Below, in pieces: positions 52,935 to 64,000 of a stretch of 64,000 bases of DNA (the first letter of the stretch is position 1; each line of letters begins with the position of its first letter). The notes beneath the pieces are model-generated. The model saw only the letters and a program-made list of their open reading frames with translations, was not told the DNA's origin and did no database searches. A program made the position numbers and the translations under genes. This DNA comes from Camelus dromedarius (taxonomy: Eukaryota), in the NCBI RefSeq assembly GCF_036321535.1, contig NC_087437.1, forward strand, positions 78,804,001-78,868,000, written 5' to 3'.

Positions 52935-55395
52935 CAAAATAAAAACAAAACACAAGCCACAAACTGGGAGAAAATATTTGCAAATCACATGTCTGGTACA
53001 AGGCTTATACTCAAAATATAAAAAGAACATTTTAAACTATATAATAAAAAATTTAAAAAACAGTGAAAATATCTAAACAGACATTTCACCCAAGAAAAAT
53101 ACAAATGAAAAATATGAACTGAAAATAAGCTCTACATAATTTGTCATTAGGGAATTACAAATTAAAAGAACAGTGAGATACCACTACAACACCTGTAACA
53201 TGGCTAAAATTCAAAATTCTGACAGTTTAATTACCTGTGAGATTGTGGGACAACGTGAACTTTCATTTAATGCTAATGGGAATGAAAACTGGAATAATTA
53301 CTTTGGGAGACAGTAAGGCAGTTTTTTGCAGAGTAAGCATGGTATTAATATAAAGTACAGAAATCACTCTCCTTGATATTTAACCAATTGAATTGAAAAT
53401 TATGTCTATACAAAAACTTGCGCATAGATGTTTATAGTGATTTTATTCATAATTGCCAAAAACTGGAAACAAGAAAGATTTCCTTCAATAGGTGAATGGA
53501 CTGTTATGGACTGTTACACGTCCATACACTGGACTGTCATTCAGTGAAAAAGATAAATGAGCTGTAAAGCCATGAAAAGACATGAATGAATCTTAAATAT
53601 GTATTGCTAAGTGAAAAAAGTTAGACTGAAAAGGCTCCATACTGTATGATTTCAACTATTTGACAATCTGGAAAAGGTAAAAAAATACATTGCGAGGGGT
53701 TCCTGGAGGCTGGAGAAAGAGCTGGATAGGTGAAGCAAAGGGGAATTTTTAGAGCTTTGAAACTTTGATACTGTAATATAATGCAGTGCCTTTCTCAAAA
53801 CCCATTTAAATTTACAGCACAAAAATTGAACTTTAATGTATATAAATTTTTAAAAATTATTTAGGAGGTCATGAGATCTCTGGATGGAATGCAGAATGTG
53901 ACAACAAAATAATCTAACTGTATTACAAACTTATGAAACATCCTTACTGAGGGGCATGAGGAAAAATGGTGCTGACCTAAAGTAATTTTGGAAATGAGCA
54001 GAGTCTGTAAGACTAGAGTAGAAGTAATTGTGCATAAGTACTGTACCCTTTTTGATAAAGTTATTTCCCACAGAGTGCACAGGTCAACAATTCTGATACC
54101 AATATATATGTATACTGGAATTGAACTATCAAATAAATAGATGGTGGATGATGGGGACCAGGTTTCTTGTTGTTGAAGTGGAAGTTCACAGGAAGAAGAT
54201 AGAATGATCCATTATAATGTTTTAGAGTTGGAGAGAGTTAGAGACATCTGTTTTCACTCATATTTAGCTTAATATAGATATAGATTATTACATGCAGAAA
54301 TTTTAGAGATATGTACATCAACACATATTTACACATATAATTCCTTGCTTTGTCATTTGAGAGGGACTAGAAATGACGCCTCAGTAACAATGAGCACACC
54401 TGGTACCTGGATCTTGGTTTATAATATGATTTTCAGTTAAAGAAACTATAGCTCTTGAAGAAATGGCTGATTTTGGGACTGAGAGACAAATCCACAGTAT
54501 TAGCCTTGAGTACCTTTCAGTGCCAGAAAGTAGAGAGGTTTAAAACAAAACAAAGCACTGTGATGTGAATACATCAAAGAGATACAGTAAACAGTAGTCA
54601 ACTGTAAGAGTTCCCAATGGCCAAATCTTAAACAATTTGAAGGGTAAAATAGATATAGTAATATTGGATTATAAGTCAAAGTACAAAGTAAAGATGTGTC
54701 CATATTGATGTAAATAAATGACTGAATAAATATATGGGTAAAATACTAATCTATGCCCAAAAATTTCAAATAATTTATATAGATACTCTATCCTCAAGGA
54801 GGTGGAACATAACTCCCCACTCCTTAAATATGGTTTGTGTATAGTAATTTCCTTCCAAAGGGTAAAAGATGGAGGGAGGGAAAAAAGAGTAACTTTACAG
54901 TAGAGAAGTCTGCTAAACACATGATCAATGTCAACATCAACAGTGATGTCATATTGGTAGCATATACCCCTGATATGATATGATGAAAACAGCACTGTCC
55001 CTTTGTGCTCTACTTCCTCAAAACACACAATCCGAATCTAATAAGAGAACTATCAGACAAATCCCAGTTAAGGGACAGCACTCCTCAAAAACTGTGAGGA
55101 TTATCAAAAATAAGAAGTCTGAGAAATTGTTATGGTCAACAACTAAGGGGACATAACAACTAAGTGCAATGTCATATCCTGGACGGGACTCTGAGGCAGA
55201 TAAAAAGAAAATACTATAAAAACTCAAGATACCTTAATAAAATATGCACATTACTTATTCATGATTAATCAGGATCAGTTCATTAATTGTAGCAAAGTAC
55301 CATACTAAAGTAAGACGTTAATAACAGGGGAACTTAAGTATTACTGTCTTCACCCTTTTTACCTGTAAATCTAAGAAATGTTTATTGAAAAATAT
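52935..55395 (+). mobile_element. L1MC-type element, right part: ORF2 C-terminus and long 3' UTR
   Basis: Resumes at acaagccacaaactgggagaaaatatttgc; L1MC-type 3' UTR phrases (aggaggtggaacataactcccc, aagtaccatactaaagtaagacgttaataacagggg). Confidence 0.9.
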
Positions 55396-57179
55396 ATAAT
55401 TGTGGAGAATTTGCATTATTTCATTAAAATCAAATAATTGATTTGATAAGTAAAATGGCCTATCCCTACCGAAAAACTTCCTTTGTAGAGAGTTTACCTT
55501 ATAAGCTCATTTGCCTTTAATTTCCTTTCCTGATACAATAGACACTGGAGACAGACAATAGTTTGATGATTATCTTTTTCTTTGCAATCAGTCTTCCAGC
55601 TTTGAGCTTCTCAACAGCAACCACAGCATGCAACCACTTCTCTAAATGTTCTGTTTATCATCAGCATGGCTAATAGAGCAAGGCAAGGGACATGGGACTT
55701 TGTTCTTCTTTGACCAAGTAAAGACATTAGAACAAAAAGTAGATCTTTACAAAACCAAAGAATAGTCAAATTACTTGAGTTGTTACTTTCTATTTTTTGT
55801 TGACTTTTTTTTCTGAATGTTCATTAAACTTCAGTATCTTCCTGATTAATACTGATGTATCTCATGAATTAGTTGCTAAATAAAAGACAGTTAGATTTCT
55901 GACACTGATATTAAATGATCTCCACCGTGAAGAACAAAATATATTTGAGTACTAACATAAAGTCTTTTAATTAAAGTCTTATTATTAAGAATGTATGACA
56001 GCAAGGGCAGAGGAAGACACTGTTTTTTAAAATAATTATCAATCTAAAATCAAGTTCAAATGTGAATGTGGAAGCCAGGCACAAGAGGGGTACACTAAAA
56101 TGATAAAGGTTAGTAGGGTTTGTAGTAGACAGATATCATGTGGACAGTCTATTAAACTATCTTTTATTTCTTCTGTGTTAATTAATCAGTCATATTATTT
56201 GAACATGAGGATGCAAATAATAGGGTTACTATGTATAGTTAATAAATTCAAAATTGCTGATTTTTTAATTGGTGGTAAAATAACTGTGGAAATCAGAATA
56301 ACTCAATTTGGCTTAAATTCACAATATTCATTTGCTTTGTTGACTGGAGCAAGTGATGGAATCATTTTATACCACAGTTTTCCTAGAGGTTAAAGAATAA
56401 ATTGTATTCTTTGTCATGACTTCTACCTTACTGATACCTGAGAAGCCTTTTATTGAAAGATATATTACTATTAATTACATTATTATTATTTTTCCTAAAA
56501 TACATATTAAACTTTGATATAACTAATAAATAATGATTAAATAGTTCATCATTCAAACACTTGGGTTATCTTTACCTTACAGTTTTTATACCGTATGTGT
56601 ATATGTTACATGGACTTAAATAATTGATGTTAATAGAGCATATCCTTTAGGGATAAAATTAGTCTGTCTTCATTAATAATCTTAGATAATAGACTGTTTG
56701 AAAACCACTCAGAAATCAAGGAAAACACTGTTTTTCTTCAATCTAGAAATTTTTTTATTAATAATAAATATAGTCATCTTATATGAATACTCAAGCTTAA
56801 TTTTCTGAATTAATCCCTAGGACTTCTGATTTAAATAAAAAATTCATATCATTAAATTGTATTGTAGTGAAAAAAATTTTATTGTCATTTTTCATGAACT
56901 ATGTTTTTAATGTGAGAAATCCATATCAGATGATTTGGTAAAAACTATTTTAGTTAAAACTTTGCTAACTTATACATTAGGGTATAAATATTTGAGAGGC
57001 ACATAGTTAGAGGAATTTATATGTTAAAAACAATTAATTACATGTCCCCACTTGCCATTCAGTGGCTTCCAGTTGGAAAAACTCTAGACCCAAAATATGT
57101 TTCTGTTGGTATTTCTATCATAAATTTTAAACATGGATTCTGCAGTTTTATTTTATATTATTAACTTTGCCTTAAAGAA

Positions 57180-57320
57180 AGGTCTGTGACCTTGAGACAT
57201 TGACTTAATCTTCCTGACATTCAGTGAACTCATCTTCATAGTACAATAAGAATAATTATCTCATATAATAATTGAAGGGATTGCATTACATAAGATTTGG
57301 GTGATTATAAGTGGTAAAGT
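57180..57320 (+). mobile_element. MIR SINE fragment
   Basis: ctgtgaccttgagacattgacttaatcttcctgacattcagt core. Confidence 0.55.
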
Positions 57321-57349
57321 GTGACAAATATAAGTTTTCTTAACATTTT

Positions 57350-58050
57350 TGAAAAGGTTTCCCTAAAATTTTCATTGGTACACCCAATTTTTTCTGTCCC
57401 ACACCTCTCACATCTGATTCATCAGCAAACATTTTTAATTTGGCCAACAGAACTCATTGTAAGTAAGCCTGTTCCTCTTTATAGCCACTGAAACCATCCT
57501 AAACAACTGTTACCTCTCACCCGGAACTAAGGAGTGCTTATGTTTTGCCACTTCATTTGTTACAGCAGCACTCAGATTCATCATCATAACATTCATATCA
57601 TAATTCAAAACCAAAAATTTATTTCCTAGTGTTCTTGGTATAAAACTTAAACTATTTACTCAAATTTGAAGAAAAAAAATCCCTTTCAAATAAGTTAAGC
57701 TTATTTCCACCTCTGGATTGCATGCTAGTCATGGACTAAAATCTTTCTTCTGATTATCTGAAGACATTGTTGACAAAATTCCATTCTCAGCTTGAATTAT
57801 CATGTCTTTTAAGAGGATTTTTTTCTTGACTTTTTTACAATCATTCTTCCAGAGATATTTCTGTGATTTCACTCTTTATAACATTATTATTGTGAGGAAC
57901 TATTTTCTTATTTAATATTTTTTCTTCTTTATGTTTCTTAAATAAAAGTTTTATAAGAGTATGGGCTTTGCTTGTCACATACAGTGCTTTGTTTCCACTT
58001 GGGGATTAGCACTGAGACAATGGTTGTTGATGAAATATCCAGTTTAATCA
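57350..58050 (+). mobile_element. Decayed L2 3' region
   Basis: cacatctgattcatcagcaaac, ttccacctctggattgcatgc, attagcactgagacaatgg. Confidence 0.55.
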
Positions 58051-59329
58051 GTAGTCAACAAGGCAGAGGGCACACAAACCATATAAAATTCATAATCAAA
58101 GGGATATGTATGTTCTGATGTGGCATAGTTCTCAATTTTAAGAGGGGATGCTTTAACAATTCACTATTAAGTTAGTAGTTGTAAACATTAAAATGCATAT
58201 AGAAACAAATTTGTTGAGTATTTTATTAGTGCAAGAGCTTGTATATACAAATATTGATATATTCATAATATTTCTTAAGTTTGTACATATGACAGGCATG
58301 TAAAATATACATACTCAACATTATTAAGGATTGACCAATTTCAAAAACAATTTTTTGTAAAAATAGTAAAATGTAACACAAATATATATAATTAATATAA
58401 AACATAATGTGTTATTAGGAAGAATTCAGTTTAGACTAGAGTTATCACTTAAAATTCATGGAGAAATTAATAAGTAACTAACACTGTCACTGATTAAAAA
58501 GATTTAGGTAACTAAATGTTTAAGGTACAAGTTACGTTTTTTTCCCAAAGGAACTTGAGGAACAAAAACCTTGCTTTTTTTAGGCATTTTTATGTAGTTT
58601 TTTTTTTTTGAGAGAAAGCTTTTAAAAAAATGTAGCCAATCAAAACAAATAAAAATCTTCTTTCAAATAAGTAATCAATTATTAAACTAGGCCACTGATG
58701 TCATTCTAAGCGTACAGGAAACAATGATAAGTTGCCAGCTGCACAAGGCCTCTACTGGCAATACTAAACTGTGCACTTGGAGGGAGACGACTTTTCAGCA
58801 AACACAATGAAATGCCAAAAGTATTTCACAAGTTAAAGGATACCGAATTGGGCTTGGTATCTGAAATACTTGATAGGGCAGCATTTTGCAATGTGGGTTA
58901 CAGCCCCAGAACACTTCACTGGAAATATTCTGGTTCCGTTTTTAAACATAAACTTAACTACCTGATAGTTGCATGGCCATTGGACTCCTAAGTGAGCTGT
59001 GATGGGAAATAGATTAACTTCAAGACAGTTGACTCTGAGCATTGATGTTAATTTTTAATTTATCAAATACACTTAGAAAATGCTTTGATACAATTGAAAA
59101 AAGACTGTGTTCAAAGCTGGTGTAGCTTTCCTCTTCTTACTCAACTCTTTTGCCTCTTACGTGTGTACACTCTTTGAAAGGAAGCTATTATGCAAAATGC
59201 CTAGCACAAAATAGATTCCCAGTAAATAGTAGCTCTTTTATTATTAATATTGTTAATAAAACTGATGTTATCAGTATGTTTTTGCAGTACTCTACATGGC
59301 TCGCTTTTTAACATCCATGCTATTTGATG

Positions 59330-60363
59330 ATGCCTGTCAGGTCCCAGTTAGGAAAACATAAATTATGATAGGTAGTTCATACAGAAGATATTAAATACTG
59401 GGAGCTAGTTACAAAGGTTTTAGTAGGGTGGAAGGAGCAAAAGGGAGATAAGTAAGTAGAGATTGATAATTTTAGGAAACATTTCCCATACCCAAGTGCT
59501 AGAAAAATCAAAGGAAGGGAGGTAGATTTTCCAGAGCCCAGATACACATGTACCCTTGACTCTGCTGGAAACTGCCAACACCAGACCCTCCAAAGGCTGC
59601 TGAGACCTGCAGGTACTCACTGCTTTTGCCTTCAGTGCTGCTGAAAGCCTCTGTAGCCTGTGGCCCCAGTGACTGCTGGCAGTCACCCACTGCTGCTGCT
59701 GCTGGAATACCAAAGGCAGTGAAGTCAGTCACCACTCACTGGTCTGCTGCCCACCCTTCCTCCTAACATCCAAGCAGTGATCTCTAGGGCATTATGCTTA
59801 GTAAAGTTTACAAGTCTCAAAAGGTCATATACTGTATGATTTCATTCTGATAACATTCTTGAAAGGACAAAATGATAGATATGGAAAACATAGTGCTTCT
59901 CAGGAGTTAGGGAAGGTGAAGGGGAGAAGGGGAGGAATGGGAGTGACTATGAAAGAATAAAAATAGTGAGTTTTTTGTGGTGATGAAATAGTTTTGTATC
60001 TTGATTGTAGTGGTGGTTACATAACCATACATGTGCTAAAATGAAATAGAACTATATGTACATTTTAGAAATTTCAGTGACTGGTTTTGGTATTCTACTA
60101 AAATAACATAAAGTGTAACAATTGGGGGAAACTGTATACTGCATCTCTGTTCTTTCTCAAATTACTGTGAAAATAAAATTATTTCAAAATAAAAATAAAT
60201 AACTCCTATTAGTTCTTCTTAGTAGCTGATACTAACTAAAGTTCAACTGACAGAGGAGTCTGGGAAATTTAATTTTTAGGGGTTTGGATGCCTTCTGTAT
60301 AGACCAGAACAATGAATAATAGGAATGAAATTGATTACATATAGATGAAGAAAAGATGACACA
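59330..60363 (-). mobile_element. Ancient ERVL-class solo LTR (family uncertain) split by an L1 fragment
   Basis: gtcaggtcccagttaggaaaacataaa start, GC-richer body, resumes near 60200 (gacagaggagtctgggaaatttaattt) and ends gacaca. Confidence 0.6.
59790..60200 (+). mobile_element. Old L1 3' end (L1MD-like)
   Basis: aaaaggtcatatactgtatgatttcatt...tatcttgattgtagtggtggttacat...aattatttcaaaataaaaa. Confidence 0.85.
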
Positions 60364-63300
60364 GTTCCAAACATCTTACATATTTTTGCCCATTGGCTAG
60401 CAAATTGAACTGTATATTAAGAAATATTTGTATAACTAAACACATTTAATTTATTCTCCCATAATAACCAGTATCAACACTAATGTTGAAGGCTGTAAAG
60501 AGAAAGTAATACTTGGGGGAAGCTTATCTTATACTCAGAAAACAGTAATATGTTCTTATCATATTCCTATCACATAATACAAGATAAATAATATTTGTCA
60601 AGTAAATGGCTGAAAGTAATGCATTAAACCTAAGTAATATTTTATCATGATTTTTTTCCTGTTTAATATAAAATTATTCAAGAGTTTTGTATTTGCAGTA
60701 CTATATAGACAGCTGGATACTAACTTAGAGGATCTCATGGAGTAAGAGCCTACAGCCATAAAGCTGACTGAATGGAACATCATTTTAGCTCTGGGTTTCT
60801 AAACAAGCAAATATATATGTTTTCTCAAAAGAAGGTAGATTAAAAAAGTATGTTTCATTATTTAACTCTAAACACCAAATTCCATTTCTTTTTGTTTTGT
60901 CTTTCTCAGATGGCTCCTAAACCAGCAGATCTGGGGAATAATTAAATAAAATCTGATATTTTTCTTGTATTATTACTCTATCTGTACTTTAACTTTATTA
61001 TAATACAGTTAAATCTAAACTACGAGATGTACGTCAGAATACATGTAACAGAAATAAAAATATTCATGGAAATGCATCATACTCCAGATAGCCTTTTCTT
61101 TTCATCAGCAAAATTGTGAAATAAATAAATCTTTAATGAGTTCTTTCCCCAATTTTACATTTTTCCCCAACATTATATGCCTTATTGTGAATAGCTTCTT
61201 AATTTTTCTCTTCCCCCCGAAAATCAATCCTGCTTTCTCTTAATACATCATCTGACAGTGTGAATGAAGAAATATTGATTTATACTCACTGTTTACAGGA
61301 AAGTATAAATGAGTGAGTAGAACAGTGAGCCCCCTCCTTAAGATATTTGTATTTAAATGAAAATAAAAGCCAAAGCACCAGACCAAAAAAATAAGTATCC
61401 TATCTGTAACTTTCCTATCAATGACCTCATTTTGGGTCATTATTTTTGTAGATAAGAGAGGATTTACTGAAAATTATCACAAATAACTTTATGACCCTCT
61501 CCTTTCCCATAAAGGCAGAATCAAATATTCAAATTTTTTCTTTTAGGATTGTTTTTTGTTCTTTTAAAAAGCTGACTAACTGAACTTAAAAGTTTCCTAG
61601 TATAAATCATTTTACTGGACCTCCATAATATGAGATCTAAAAGTTCTATGTTGACTTAAAGTTGATGTAATGGCAAAAAATTAAATAAAAGAAAAAGGAA
61701 AAAGGTACTCTGGTTCACACAGATGATGACAGTAGTTTTGCAAATTAAACCTAGGTCCACCTGATGGAATATTTAACCAAATCAGTTAGCTATCTATTTC
61801 TTCAGTGCTATCATTTTTGTTCAAAAATATTTATTTGAATATTTGATGTGCTCAAATGGCCTTTTGTTTCTAGTGAACTAATACCTCTATTCTTTCCATT
61901 TATAATCTCTTATATTGGAGAAATACGTTTTGGGGGACCATTCCTGAAAAAAGGAACACTTGCAGTGTGGCAGGCATAATCATATGCCCCCAATGTATGC
62001 AGTCATTGTGGGATCTTGACTTTTGTTGGATATATTTTAGTGTTGAATTTTGAGGGCATATCATAATTGTACTACAGTCAGTATTCTGATATTTCTTGGA
62101 AATATGTAAGCATAATGCAGCTGGAATCAACCAACAAACGCTCAGATTTAGGATTCTCCTGAATTCTAACTACTTTTTATATATTTGCAAAATATTTTAC
62201 AAATTATAATGTTTCATATAAAATAGTGATCTTTTAGACTGAGCTAAAGATAAAAGTTATACAAACTAATTTTCAGTGTTGCAATACTTTTTTCCCCGCT
62301 AGAGTAGAATTAGAAGTTTTCAATTTCTTGTATTCTTATGAAAAATTCTGAAGTATTCAATCCAATCTCTTGTGGATATTGGAATTTTAGTATATAAAGG
62401 CACATATTAAAAATGGAAGCTTATGAAGCAATTCAGTTTTACATATAAGTGATCTTACTGTTCTATTCTTAGACTATGCATTAAGTTTGTAATGAATGTC
62501 TAATCTTTCACTGGATAAAAAAATGATTTGATTGCTTTTGTTGCTGACTGGGTAGGACTAAATAATCCCCCCCCCTTTTTTTCTTTTTAAAAAAATAATT
62601 TAAAATATCCCATATACAACTATTGAAATCATTAAAAAATATAATTCCATGACTCTAGCCAATATATACATATGCTGGATATTTTAAAGACATTATAAGA
62701 AATGTTATTGCATAAATTGTAAAGTTAAATTGATTTTAAAGAAGAGGTTAAATAATACAAAAAAAACCCAAATTTGATTTGATTTTTATTTGGCTATATG
62801 AAGAAAATTAAAGTTAACTATAAGACAGTATGCAAGTTAGTAAAATGAAGGTAGCAGTGATATTTTAATTGAAAATGAAAGATAATACTTAATTGTCAAA
62901 AATCACCCTTTTTGCTGACTCTTTGTTTTCTCTTGTTTATCCAAATGAAATAGTTTTGCCATATCAAGGAAGTAACTGATTATAGAATACCTCTCTTTGA
63001 AACTAGATTGCCAGTACAACAATGCATAACTAAGTAAATTGTTTGGAAGACTCATAATTAGAAAGCCCAGTCTGCTAAAAATCAATGATATTTTGAAAAT
63101 TAAGCCCACCAGATAATAAACTTTGTATTGCTATAGCCTTAAACAATTACTTTCCATCAGTTTATTTAAATTATAATCAGAGGACTATTCATATTATGGA
63201 AATCATTCCACAAATTATATATGGTTTCTTTGGATAGAGAGATATCTTACAGTGCAAAGTCATCCATCTGAAACATTTCATGGGGGCTACATTTTCTATA

Positions 63301-64000
63301 AACAGCTATCATAGGGACATAATACCAACCAAAAAATCCTATCCTAGAAAAAGAGAAGAAATGGAAAGCACCATTAAGTATTTATTACAATAAATTTGAC
63401 TTTATTTTCTGCATGTGGAATTACCAACAAAAATGTGTTTCAATTACCAAATTAAAAAAAGGAATATAGTAAAACAAAATTACAAAAGAGAAAAGTAAAA
63501 TTAAGTGTCTTGGAAAAGATTCAATATAGCACATTAGTCAGAACCAGGTGTCATGTTTAAGAAAATGTTGAGAGTCCATTGAAAGAAGAATGGATATCTC
63601 AATCTAATTAGATACTATAAATTAAAAGAAAATGCTATAAATTCTATAAATTAGCCAGCACATGTACTACCTCTACAATGATTATTATAGACAGATAACT
63701 TCCATTTAATGGTTCAACTATTATAATTTGGGAACATTGGAGCTCTTCGTATACTTTCCAGCAGAAATCTCACTTATTTATCCTCTTACCCTTCCCTTCT
63801 CACCTCCTTATCTGATTCCAAATTGTCTCCAGCACCCTATTCCTTCCTTTCATTTTGCACAGTTTTCAAACATGAATACATCGTTTTACTTGTATAAGTA
63901 TGATTGAACTAAGTCATGCATAATGATAATTAAGTGATTAATAATGGTTTAGTAAAATAGACTTTTTTTCTAGATGGGATGTGAAAGAAATAAAAATAAT

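Noticed and set aside
61900..62130. 76-aa ORF or possible Tigger relic
   Set aside because: Could not confirm terminal inverted repeats or protein similarity.
1..64000. CRISPR array, operon or prokaryotic/viral defence system; NUMT; ERV internal genes
   Set aside because: Mammalian repeat-rich DNA with no repeat-spacer periodicity, no long ORFs, and no mitochondrial or gag/pol/env-like sequence recognised.

Overview
AT-rich, CpG-poor mammalian nuclear DNA, intergenic or deep intronic. It is most likely from a camelid (camel/alpaca/llama): it has a tRNA-Ala-derived Vic-1-type SINE and young artiodactyl L1 3' ends, and I recognised no Alu, Bov-tA/BovB or PRE-1. Much of the window is decayed transposable elements: L1 of several ages, L2, MIR, MaLR/ERVL solo LTRs and hAT/Tigger MITEs. 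No protein-coding gene, RNA gene or CRISPR array is recognisable. The longer ORFs in the track are broken L1 ORF1/ORF2 pieces, their antisense shadows, or chance. I found no evidence of a novel biological system. The most notable items are retrotransposition footprints: a captured mRNA-like 3' end inside an L1, an L1 with a microhomology-joined internal deletion inside one TSD, two 5'-inverted L1s and nested insertions. There are also unverified splice-signal exon candidates on both strands. Repeat family names are from memory of consensus sequences, not a search, and old-element boundaries are approximate.
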